Below are positions 49,827 through 61,800 of a stretch of DNA of 64,000 nucleotides, one piece after another. The DNA is taken from positions 496,001-560,000 of the forward strand of contig JAYWIR010000036.1 in NCBI GenBank assembly GCA_036172245.1, given 5' to 3'. The notes beneath the pieces were generated by a model. That model saw only the letters and a list, made by a program, of their open reading frames with translations, did not search any database and was not told where the DNA came from. Each line of letters begins with the position of its first letter. Position 1 is the first letter of the stretch. This DNA comes from Raillietiella orientalis. Taxonomy: Eukaryota. The translations under genes and the position numbers were made by a program.

Positions 49827-52269
49827 GATTCGTTTCGTCACGACTGTGATCGCCAGGTTTGAGGGATGGAACCTCATCCTTCGATTCGAGCACGCTGCCC
49901 TCGGACTGCGAGCGACGCCAGCCGAGCCGGCGATGCAACGAAAATCGACGGAATAGGTTTCGTTGTTTCGCAAACCAGACATACATCCATTCCTCGAAAC
50001 TTTTTTTTTCTTTTTCCTTTACCATTTCTTTTCTAACAAAAATAAAACAGAAACGAAAAGCACCAAAGGGATTTGGGAAGGGGAGGGGAAAGAAAAAGAG
50101 AAGTTACCTGCGTACGTCCGGTCCGTGATCATCCTCACGTCAGTTTTGCTTCCGAAGCCCCCCTTTCACCGGTTTTTGCTTCCTCTCCCAATGTTGCAAA
50201 AGAAACCAAACAGCAAACAGTCTGTCTCAAGCGATGCTTTTGTTTTAGGTGCCCCGTTTTCTTCATTTTTTTTCTAAAGGTACGCTGTAGCACACGTGCC
50301 TTATTAATATGTGGTTGCTGCTGATCCGCAACGCTTAGATTTTTGAATACGGAAGATCCAATTATTCCAGGAAAGGAGCTGATTCCGAGTGATGGATGCT
50401 CTCCGAGCTGAATGATGTCCCCATTACGATTGAATTCTTTTCCGGGGGGGGAAGGGAGAGAAGGAAATTCACCGTGCCTCGTCCCACACACCACACGGTG
50501 ATCGATCGCGCGCACATCCCCTCGCCCCGTGCTGTGCGCCTGGAAACCAAGCAAACAAAAGCAACAATCGGCGGCGATCCGAAAATAGGTTTAAAGATAA
50601 CTCTCTGGCCGATTGTTGAGTTTGCAGGCGAGGGGACGATTTGTAGCTTCTGAAGGAGGAGCAGAGGAGAATGAAAAATCGACAAAAATCGAACCTCGCC
50701 GGAAACTTCGCCAGCAGCTCGAGCTCAAGGCTCCGTCCAGGGCGATCGGCCTGCATCCTGGCCACGCGCGCAGCAGGAAAAGGTGCTCCTCTCCGCTGGG
50801 AGGCGGAGGAACATTCCCGGCGGGGAGAGGCGGTTCTGGCAGGGAGGCAAAATCCCCGGCCCTGCCCCCGGAGGGGCGGGCGGCGGGCGGACCCACGGAA
50901 TGCAAGAGGGAGGCGGCGCGCACGAGAGAGCTGCCTGGTCGAGCGAACTCCTCGCCACGCCCGAGATCCTGTGTAAATGCCGTCGCCACCGCCGGAGGTC
51001 GCCCCGGGAACCCCGCCTTCCCCTCTCTGCTTGCCCGGCTGTGATGCCGCGCGATGTGAGCCCGCATTCGCTGGAGCTTCAGCGGGGTTCACCCAGAGGA
51101 ATCCCACGGGATGAATTCTGGAAGGTATCACCTCGCACCCTTATCTGGGCCGCGGTCGTCCAACTCTTCGAGGAGGAGCTGACAGCTGCTCCTCCCGGAG
51201 GATTCCGAGCACCGGGACCAACGTCTGCAGCGTGGTGACAGAGTCCACAGTGAAGGACGAGTCGGCGGCGTCCGAAAGGAGGCCACAAGCCGTGAGGAGG
51301 GGTCGCGGAGCGGCTAGGAACCCGCGACCTCCCTGCCGGTGGTGATTCGGGGAAGGAGGGGGGGGGGGCAGCGGAGACCATGCCAAGCGAGAGAAGAGTC
51401 TGGGCGGTCCCGGAGCCGCCCGTCGCGTTTCCGGGGAGATCTTTGCCGCAGCTGCTCCTCCGGCCCCGGACACACTGCCCGCAGGAGGGAGCGCAAGCCT
51501 CCCGGACAGGGCAGAACTCCCAGTCTCGGTGGGCTGCCCCTCCGAAACCATGGAAACCAACCCCTTTCCTGTTCCTCTTCCGCCTCGAGGCAGAGTTCGC
51601 CACCGGGAGAGTGCCGGTTGTCGGGACTTGGGGGCGACGTCCGAGAGTCCGCCGCCACCCTCTCGCTTTGCTCTCGCCTCCAATCCGATGTTCCCTCGAG
51701 ACCGAGAACCCTCCACGCCGGGGGCAGAGGCGGCGGTAGCCCGGCGAGGATAGCGACCACCTCCAGGCGGAGGTTCTCCCCTCTCCTCCGCAGCCTCCCA
51801 GCCTGGACCGGGCCGGATCAAACGCGGGAGTCGGGCAGCCGCGGCGTCCAACAGAGCCGTCCGTCCGAGGAAGGAGGGGCGTACCCTCTCCTTCCCGTCC
51901 TCCTAGATCAGGTTCCCCGCCCCCTTTCCTTTGGATCGATCGCCTGCGGCTCAGAACGCGGGGTCGCAGCGCTCGCGACCTACTCTCCAGGCAGACACCA
52001 GCTGACCCAGGTCAACCTCGATCTCCACGGTGGGCGCTCGCAGCCGGCGGCGGCAAGGGCGCCCCCTACTCCTCCCAGGACGGCGCTCAGGGACCCTCGG
52101 GAGGGGAAGAGGGGAGGAAGCCACTTTCGACCCCAGGGTGGTCAGTTTCCCATCGCGAAGATGACTTGAAGGTTCGACGAGGCGCGTGGACTCTGCATCT
52201 TGTGGAGCTTTCCGCAGCCACGCGCGGCGACGCTGGCGGTTGCTCGTGGCAAAGGCGGCTGGAGAGGAC

Positions 52270-52930
52270 GAGGGTTCCCTGATACGGACCTGGCCAGCGC
52301 CGGACCGCCCTTCTCTCCGGGATGCCCTCCGAATGCGTCCTCAGGGGATCCCCACGGGCTCCCAGGAGACGGGCAGCGTCCCCCTGGACCATTCCCTTCC
52401 TCCGCCGTCTCACCAGTCGCAGGCGTCGGCCTCTCGGGCAGGAAGGGGCAAGCTTCAGCGCCGGCAGATGATCGCCGCGTGGCTGCGGAGTCTTCTGACC
52501 CCACCTGGGGCAGGAGACCCGGAGGGTCATATCCGGACCGGATGGACCTTCGAAGATGGCGGGAATGTGGACCCGGGGCAGCCGGCAGGCACCAGAGAGC
52601 CTTGTAACGCGTGAAGCGGCCTCCGCCCACGCAGCTTGCGGACCCTCGAGGCGCGCGACGTCCCGCGGTGGAGGATATTGCCAGGAAGATGGCGGGCGCC
52701 CCTCCTGGAGAGGAGGCAAGCTGCTGCTGCCCCAGCTGGGAACAGGACGCGGGGGTGGCGCCCCCACCCATCCTCGTCCCGCTTCCTCACCGGCAGGTCA
52801 TTAGGAGGAGGCGGAGATCGTGCCGGGGCCACGAGGTCTCGCCAGAGAAGGCGAAGGCAAGGCGATGACCGATTGACTCGGGGCTTGGGGCAATGTCCTG
52901 GGGAAAGGCGCGGTGTTCCTCAGGGATCGC
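52270..52930 (-). mobile_element. Heavily decayed Ty3/Gypsy-like integrase fragment
   Basis: Motif echoes occur in canonical order across frames: IPEEHR...SIGH...SWPRHDLRLLLMTCR (Zn domain), GRFTRY (cf. VD.FTRY of the core), DHLPALKLA (cf. WD.HLP.L.LA) and VQGDAARL...RRWPGPYQ (GPY/F module). Catalytic residues are not intact and no LTRs were seen. Confidence 0.5.
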
Positions 52931-55514
52931 AGCCTCCTCTAGGGCGACTCCCCTCCTATCCCTCGATGGCAACCCGGAGGGGGAGCAGGAGGGACCCTGA
53001 GCAGCCCCTTCTGCCGGAGAGTACCGCCCGGCCCTCCGGCCGCTCACGAATCCCGCCGACGCCTCGCGCGTCGCTCGGGCAGCAGAGGGCACCCCGGATC
53101 TGTCTTTCGGGGCTCCCTACGAGATACTGGCGCTACTCTAACCCTTCCCTGGCGCTGCCCCTGGCCTCCGGGCGGCAGCAGCCGTCGAAGACCAGCGGAA
53201 TCCACCGCGGGCGATGTCGGCGCCTCGGCGACCTCCGCTGTCGCCGGGGGCAGTGGGAGACAGAATGGCCCGACCTTGGCTTGGCTCGCGTGCCCGCCGG
53301 CCCCGCAACTCCTCCTCCGGGTCGGGAGCAGGAGTCCCTCCTCGCGCGCGCCTCCCGGGGTAGGAGAAAGTCCCGGGGAATTTCCTCCGCTGGCTCGGGG
53401 GAGAAGAAACGCCTCCCTTCCAGCCCCTCGGCCAACCCCGGAGCCTGCAGACAAGGGAAGTCTTCTCAGAGGAAGTGACGTCCCGGGATGGGTGACTCTT
53501 CTCTGGATCGACTGTCCGGGATCGGCCGAGATGGAGTGGCGGCGAGCGCGCCCTCTCGCGGCGGTGGGCTCCGCTCTCAGCGGAAGCCCGCACCATTTTC
53601 GTGGTCACATTGGCGTCTCCCACGAGGCTAACCTCGGAGGTAAGCGGAGAATAACAGAGGAGGCATCATCGACATGTGAGCATCTCTGACTTGGACTCCG
53701 GCCTGGATCTTCGAGGATCACGGCGACGCACTTGGAAACCAACCGCTTGTCCAAGAAACACAGCCCGACCAGTTAACGAGGAGAGTGAGGAAGACATCCG
53801 GTTCCAGCCCCCACTCTTGCTACTTTCCTCTTTTCTCTGCTTCCTAAAGACGGGATTCTTACCCTTGGGTCAGCTTCCCAACAAGAGGTTTCTGGTTCTC
53901 TTCGGCAGCCCCGCTTGGAGGTCACCGCTTTCTTCATTTCCGGCAGGCCTTCGTGGAGGGAGAGTTGCGTGTTCCTCAAGTGGAAAATCCTCTCCCCCCT
54001 GCCTTTGTTCTTTCACCAGAGGTGTGGTCTGAAGATCCCTGGAAAATCGCACGAAATTCTCAAGAAAACGTTCGACAGAGATCGTGGTTCCTTCCTCTCC
54101 CTCCTTTTTCTACGGTCTCAAGAAAGACCGACCGACCAGACTTGGGTGCACTCCTCGCTTCTCCCTGCACCCTTTGCGAGAAGCCTCTCCGTTTAAAGAA
54201 TTTAGATCTACACTGAAAAATCGTCAACTGCCTCTGGAATTCAGCATTTGCTGCCATCTGCGTCCCTTCTTTCTGCTGCAATGCAGCCCTCGCATGGCAA
54301 CGTCGACACAAAGAACCAAGGATGAAGCGCTCTCATGTTCCTTTGCATCGATGGTCTATTCCTGTAAACAATCCAGTCTTCAGTTTCTTTTTGCTGCCAT
54401 CGCCGAAACGTTCAGAATTCAGTTCCCCTTCATATGACCTGACACAGAAGAACGTAATTCTTGAAATAAACCTCAGACTCAAAATGCTGCATTTATTAGG
54501 AATGCTTGTTAGCCTCCGTTGGAAGCCGAAAAACTGAATGCAAGTAGGATTTAAGTGGCTGAGGGTCTCAGCTGTACGTTCATACCTTAGACGTGCTCGC
54601 ATCTTTTGTTTCATTTTGGAGACAAACGACCCAAAAGCAAAATTGTTTCTATTATGCGTTTGTGTTCAAATAGTCGTTTTTTCTGCTCATTCTTTGGCTT
54701 CTTTCTTTTGGCTCACGAGATCGGAAATCATCTTAAGCCTATCAACTTGTGAAGAATGCTGCAAGAATGGAGTACTCTGAAAAGATACTGGCAAAAAAAG
54801 CAGCTGCATTTTTTTTTTAAACAAATAGTTCATAGAAAACACTAGAACTAAACATAATAGAATCTGCAAGAAGAAGCACTGTTGTTCTTGGTCATGAGAT
54901 AACATGGATGCTTCAATAAATAAAAACGAAAATCTCTGCATATACGATCTCTGATCATGGACACATAACACATGTCCAACATAATTATGTGTACAGGCTT
55001 TATACGATATAAATTCTACTTGATGTAAAATTTATGACTCGTCAATAATAAAGATGTTCATCCCAGTTGTTTCAACATATTTTTTCATCTCATTTTCAAG
55101 CTGTCTTTCTTAATGAATAGCTTTCTGGCTATGAAAAGGATTACAATGATTTACTAACAGCGAACTCAAAAAATGTGGAATTTATCGACGTGATAGTGTA
55201 ATCTTGTTTTGATATATTTACTAGCTTTGGTTTCAGTAGTCTTTGAATGCTTGCAGAGTTACTAGCTTAATGTATTTCGTTTATTTATTTTTTCGAATGT
55301 ATTTGTTTTAAAGCTGATATGACGAAAATACTGTGAAATTTAGGTGGTTCTGCGATCGAGTATTATTAGATAATAAGTCATGGCGGATCAGTGTTACTTT
55401 TTATGTTGTAAATGTATTTGACCGAAGATAAACGTCGGTGGTCACACAAAGTTGCCGTTTTTAAGATTGCCAATTCATGTTTATTGTGAATTAGACTGCA
55501 TTAGGCAGATAATA

Positions 55515-55726
55515 CAGGGGTGCTTAAATGTTTTGCCCAAAGTGCTTTTGTGTAGTGCAGTACTGCAATTCTGTAACCTTCTATTATGTGTACTTGGGAT
55601 TTCGTCAGTATAATCCTTGTTTACTTGTGTGCTATTTTTAGTTTTAAATTACTGGCCAATACGTCATGACAATGATATACTCATGATATATTCATGGCAT
55701 TAAAGTTTCGTGCTCTAAGCACCCTG
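55515..55726. mobile_element. Possible small degenerate MITE (TIR CAGGG(G)TGCTTA) just upstream of the RasGAP ATG
   Basis: TA-CAGGGGTGCTTA ... TAAGCACCCTG-AT. The left flank is TA but the right flank is not, so the TSD is imperfect. Confidence 0.3.
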
Positions 55727-55802
55727 ATTTTTGAAAGCACACCCAAAATGTGTGAAAAAAGTAATTCCCTGATAAAACAAATTCGACAATAATATAAGAA
55801 TA

Positions 55803-58800
55803 ATGGGTGATGCCATAAAAAGTGCTACTGTATTCAATGCACATTCTAGGATTTATGCCAATGACCCTCAGATTGATTTTGTTTCCAGAAAAGGAAAACC
55901 TTCATCTGAAGACTGGGATGGTTTTTTTGTAGATAATGGGGATTTACTCAGTAGTTTTTCTTCTCCACCAGAAAGCAGGTAGCCGAAATTTTTGATTAGG
56001 TCCTTTACAAAAGCATGCAATTGTTGAAACCAATAATTTGTACTTGAATTTTCATGTTCCTTTTTTCAAAATGCTATGTCAGAATTGAGGAATAGAGAAG
56101 CTGTGTTTAAGATATTGATCTTCAATTTAGTGCATTTATAGCAAAAATTTTGCCAGCTTGCTGGATCGGGGAGTTGCTAACTTGAACAAAGAATCCAGAT
56201 CAAGGGTTAATTTCACGAACAAATGTAAGCTTACTCAAAATTGAATGTTAATCCATTTTTGTGTGGAACTTGTTCCATGAATGGTGAACACTTTGCATGA
56301 AGCATGCTTATTCCAAGCATTTCAGTAGACATTCACAACAGTTGGTCTGCAACATGAGGTTAATCATATGGAGAAATAACTGCAATTTCATTAAGTCCGT
56401 TGATTTAAACAGATGATTGCTTTTAAACATTCTTCTTGTAAGCTTTTAATGGTTTGAAGGTTTTTATGTCTGTAACAGAAATCATCTGACAAAGTTGATA
56501 AGAGAAATCTTCATTGTGAAAGAGTTTTCAAGCACTTCAGTTTCATCAAATGGTTTTTCCTTGTAAGAAGACACATGAGTCAACTGCACAATGCAAACTA
56601 TGGAAAGTGTATTTCAAGCTAGGTTTTGACTCCTGAAACGAGAATTCAGATGAACCAGAACACATTGAACCTTGAATCAGAAGTTGAGTTTAGTGTTGAA
56701 TGTTCTTGTCAGTGAAGCCATGTGATATTATTACTAGGTAATAAAATAAGTCATCTGATTATATTACAAAATGCAGCCAGACATCTCATTATTCAGTACA
56801 CATATGCATAAACCAGTAGAAAGCAGTGAGCTTTGATCAGGTGTTCAGCATTTAACATTTCTCTTACTGAAATCTTAAAGTGAATATTAGATATCTTGAT
56901 GTAATGAAATTGAAAGCACAGTTGAGAACCATATTTTAAAATGCTCTGGAAACCTAACGTGCTGCTTCTTCAAAAGAATGGCAATGGGATTTTTATTATT
57001 GCACGTCCTATGAAATAAAAGGTTGTTTGCTGGCCCCAAAACAAAACCCTTTCTGCAAGGCAAGATGCCATTGTGTAATTGGAAATCATTTAGGGAAGGG
57101 AATATGAATACCAGCAAAGAAAAGTCAGCTTAAGAAAGAAAAATGGAAGAACAAGCATTTGAATAACTTTGTGAAGATCATATATCAAAGTGAAGCACAG
57201 AGGTGTACCTATTTTTGATGCTTTCTCTTATTACTCTGTTCATTGTGCGAAATTATTGAATACAAAAAAAAGGAAAACAAAAGAACCATGAGGAATAGTA
57301 AAAGGAGCAAGATGCTGGAATAATGAAGGTTGCTGATAATTGTTCATGTCGGTTGGGTCCTTGTTATTAGGTGCTAGAAGTGCTTGAAGTTTTAGAATTG
57401 TTTTCCGTTTGCATATCTTTTTACCTTTTTCCAGACATACGGCCCATCACCAGTGTGATTGTCGTCATAGATTGGAAATGCTTGCACGTGTTCTAGTTTG
57501 GGATCTCATATAGCAGGGGTTGCCCCTTGTTTGAAAGCCTGTTTTCCGGCTGCTTTGTGGTGTACAAACAAGTGTACGGATTCCAGAAGTGCCTCAAAAC
57601 CATTTCGAAACTGCTTTCGTTTCAGGACAACGATTCTGATATTGCATGGTGACACAGGTTCTTCCCGAATTCGCAACCTTGGGATGAACTAGCGTGTTGC
57701 CATTCATGACCGTTGCCACAGAGTTGCCGAGGTGCCTTGGCGTAGCAAACAACAAGACCCCCCCCATGAGTGAAATGGAATGGTTTTGTGTCCACAGTAG
57801 TTAAAACAGTGATACTGCATTTGATCTCTGGTGTGTCCACCATATTAAGTAGATGCTTCTCTGAAAGCGAATTGAGATGCATGCATTTGAGGAGATGGGA
57901 AGGGGGAACAATGTAGCATGGTCAGGATCTCTGAAAAAGCTCTCGTTTCATCTCTTGTCTTTTTGAGATAGACCTGAGGACTCCTGCTCTGGAAAGGAAT
58001 CCTCTATTGAACGGCAGCTCCCTTTAGCGTTCGGCAAAGTGCCGCATTGCCGATGTTGCACGGTCCTCGAGCTGGAACAATCTGTTGGGCGGGGGTGGCT
58101 TCGCTGTACCGAGGAGCGCGGGTGGAACGAGTTCTCGGCCGACGTTTCTCCTTCCCCGCCTCACGTGCGTTTCTCCAGCGTCAGTCGACCGCGAGCGCCA
58201 GCTCCTTCCTTGCAGCTGCGCTACTCCGAGCTCTTCGCTGCTCGCTTTCTCTCCCTGCGGGCGGGGAACGTGGTGGCAAGGGCCGCGCCCGTTGCGAGTG
58301 GCGCGGAGGAACAGGATTGCGGCTCTTGAAGTCCTCGAACCGACTGCCCTCTTCGACGATGAATCGGAACTCCGGTAAACGCCCAACGGAGTTGACCTTT
58401 TCCTGCGTTCTATGGTGGGTGTGAGAGAAGGCGCGTGTTTGAGGATGGTGCTTTTGTGCTCACCTTCCCCCTGGTGCGTTCCAGGGTAACACCGTGGCGT
58501 GCTGGATGGGACAGACCTTGTCCTCTTCACAAGATGTACCTTTCCCGAAAAATGGGAAGGTTCACCGTTTGGGGAACCAAGGATCGCTCCTCTGGGAGCT
58601 TTTCTCCTGGAGGAGCAACACGGCCTTCGCGCGCGGGGGCGTCTCGAGCAAGCGGAAGCCGTCGTTTCTGGTCGATTTCGCTGCGAGTTTCTCGCTGCTC
58701 TCGTTCTGTTCGACTGTTCGCGCTCGCATGCGTTAGGGTAGAATCCGAGGAGAAAACCACCGGCACCCCATTTCCTTGTGGGCGCAGTTCGGAAGCTCCA

Positions 58801-61800
58801 CGTGAATTCCGAGCTTTTTTGTTTTTTTTTTTTGTTGTCTTTTTGCTTCGTGACTGGTGGCGGAGTCGGCTCCGCCACGTCCTTTCCGCATCTCGGCGCT
58901 GTTCTTCCGTCGTTTCTGCGTAGGAGACTTGGCGCCAGGCAAAAGTTCTTCTTCGCTCGCGTCCGTCGCCAGATGGTTTCCTTGTCTTTCCTGGGTCTCT
59001 CTGCGGTGCCATCAGTGAGACTCCACCACCATTACTGCCACCAGTGGACTCCAACACGAAGCGAGCGAAACGAGCCAACCCGGACGCTTCCCTCTTCGCG
59101 CGGCGCTCTCGTTTTTCGCGTGCTTCCATTCCCAAATCATCCTCTTTTTTCCCCCCCTTTCGTTTCCCGAAATGCCAGCTTCGGGGCACTAGAGGGAAGG
59201 ACGAAGGGGTTATTTCGAGAGCACAACCTCGGTGGCTTTGGACACATTCATTCCGGGAGCAGCGAGGGATTTGGAGGGCATCTCGCGCATTCAGGAACCA
59301 AATGACCTTTGCTCGCGGACTCACCTTGCCCGGAGGCATTGCCTCTCTCAGAGATACGTGAAGGATCACCACCACGGGAGCGACCTCAACGACAGGCAAG
59401 CGAGGAGGACCTTCCATGAGACTGGATGGCAACTCGGAGACTCACCGGAGGTGGCTCATGGCCCCTTTTGCGGGGGCGCCAGCAGGGAACTAGGAGCTCA
59501 CGGGAGGGCGCTACACTCTGTGGTTTCTCACTCGGTCCCTCCTGGAAGGAGTGTCCTCGTTTCTGTTAGGAAAGGTTCCGACGTCGATGCGCGCGTCTTT
59601 CCTGGCAGTGCTCTAGGCTGCTGATGTCTATTCTGGGTGCTAGCGCTCCGTCTCCAGCCTTCACAGCAATCGGGGAAGCAGGGTGGTCGATGGCAGCTGC
59701 CTACTCACTCCTCACTCCCCCAGGCATTCCTGTTTTCTGCTCTCCCAATTCTTATTCCTTTCCTTTCAGCTGGTTCCACGGTCGCCTGGACAGAGCAGCG
59801 GCCGAAGAGAGGCTCGGCAGCAGCTGCGAGGGCAGCTACCTGGTCCGAGAGAGCGAACGGAAGCCGGGCTCGTACGTGCTCAGCTACCTGGGCAAAACTG
59901 GGATCAACCACTTCCGGTGGGTGGATTTCCAGCGCCGCCTCCTGCCTTCCCCCTCCAGCTTTTGCCCTCCCTCGTCCTGCGAACAGCCTCTCTGCTTCGC
60001 ATGCTCCCTCGCAGCTCCAGACGGAGAGCAAGGACAGGGAGACCTAGGGTGGCCTCCTCGCGGTGAATCCGCTGAAGACCTTCCATGATCGCCTCCATCG
60101 CTCACGGAAGATGTTGAGCTCGATCCTCGCGACCCCGCTTGAGCCTCACTCCCCTAGTCAAGAGGGCATCGTTATGCCCCTTCCCAGCCTCGTCTCCCGG
60201 ACGGCGCCATCCCTTCTGAGTCAGTTGCCTCCTGCTCTTCCCCACACGCCTTCCTGGAGTTGTGCCTGGCAGCATGCACCCCACTCCCCCTCACTGAGGA
60301 AGGTGGACTGGCCTCCTCGAATCCCCCCATGGGGCAGCACCCCAGTTGGTCAGTCGTTTGACCTCCTTAAGCTCTCGTCTGCCCGTGCGAGATCTCGCGC
60401 GGACCCCATCCGGAAGCGCGTGTCCTTTCTGGCGTCGTCCCCCACTTTATAATGTGAGGGGGGATCGCCTCGGACGGTCGTCAGAAGACGAGCAGCCCGC
60501 CAACGATAGCAATCTCTCCCTCACACATGGTCCTTCCGACGTCTCTTCCTGACGCTTGCAGGCCGATCCTCATGCCTTTTTCCTTTCATCCTGAAACGCG
60601 CGCGCATCCCCATCCCGAGAGTCCGAAGGCCAGCTCACTACTTTAGGCGTGTCACTGTGTAGCATCACTGCGATCTGCGGGGACTTCTACATCGGAGGCA
60701 AAAAGTTTGACTCTTTGGATGACCTGATCGCCTACTACACGTCTTCCTGCGACCTGCTGAAGAAGGAGCGCCTCTGCTTCCCCGTCCCGCCTCCCGAACC
60801 AGTCAACGACAACAAGAAGGTCATCGCCGTGCTGCCGTACACGAAGATGCCGGAGACTGACGAGTTGAGGTGCCTAAGAGGGGTTGGGGTCGGGCAAGGG
60901 ACGGAGAAAGACAGCGGATGCCTCCCTTCATTCTCCCACCGTTGCTTCGCGATGGCACTGCTGACGGCCGCCGTTGTCTTCAGCTTCAAGAAGGGAGACA
61001 TATTCTACGTCCATAACGATCTCGGGCGCGGATGGCTGTGGGTGACTGCTCACCGAACGGGGGAGCAGGGGACGATATTCAAGGAGCTGGTGGAGGATCT
61101 GGACGAGAGCATCGACCCCAACACTGTGTTTTCGTGGTTCCACCTGAACATCAGCAAGGAAGAGGCCGTTGATCTCCTCGTGAAAGGTGCGGTCATCCCC
61201 CGATGTTGCCTTCTACCCAGAAGGCTCTTCGCATTGTGCTTTTCTTGATTTCGACTTTTTCCCAATCGGACCGTCCTCCTACCTGCAGCTGGACCCAGAA
61301 GCTTCTTGGTCCGTCCCAGCGACAATTCTCCCGGCGACTACTCCCTGTTCTTCCACATCAACAACCAGATACAGCGTTTCCGGATCGAGAAGCGCGGAGT
61401 CCGGTACTTGATGGGGGGACGGATGTTCGAGTGCCTGGATGCGGTCATCAGCCGCTACAAGGTGGAGCAGATCGTCGAAGGGCACACACTCGGTTTCGCG
61501 GTCACAAAGGTGAGCTGCTGCTCCCCTCCCCCCTCCCTCAGGGGATCCGAGCAGGAGGGGAGGAGGGGAAGTCAAGTTATTCCCCCTTCATCACGATCTC
61601 TGCGAAAACCCACAGGCGCACCAGGAAGACATATATGTGCCCAAGGAGATCAGCCACGCCGAAAAAATCTATGCCACGCTGAGCGAGTGCCGAGACCTGT
61701 CCGACATGAAGAAGAGCCGAGGTGCCAGAAGAAAGGGCTGCTCTCCCAACTGAAGCACCTCCCCTCCTAACTTTTCTAGGGATGAAGATGCACGGCTGGA

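Noticed and set aside
8803..54200. Hundreds of long overlapping ORFs rich in R/G/P/A/S (e.g. 26081-27400, 30859-32355, 45710-46996, 15029-16267)
   Set aside because: Expected from stop-codon scarcity at high GC. Many are antisense shadows of real exons, or run from a real exon into an intron, and carry no domain signal.
59350..59769. Alternative RasGAP N-termini: ORF start MSILGASAP (59624) or a GC-donor exon ending ...GSDLND-AG|GCAAGC
   Set aside because: No in-frame ATG for the GC-donor exon, and 59624-59769 looks like the intron's pyrimidine-rich end; exon 55803-55978 restores the conserved motif.
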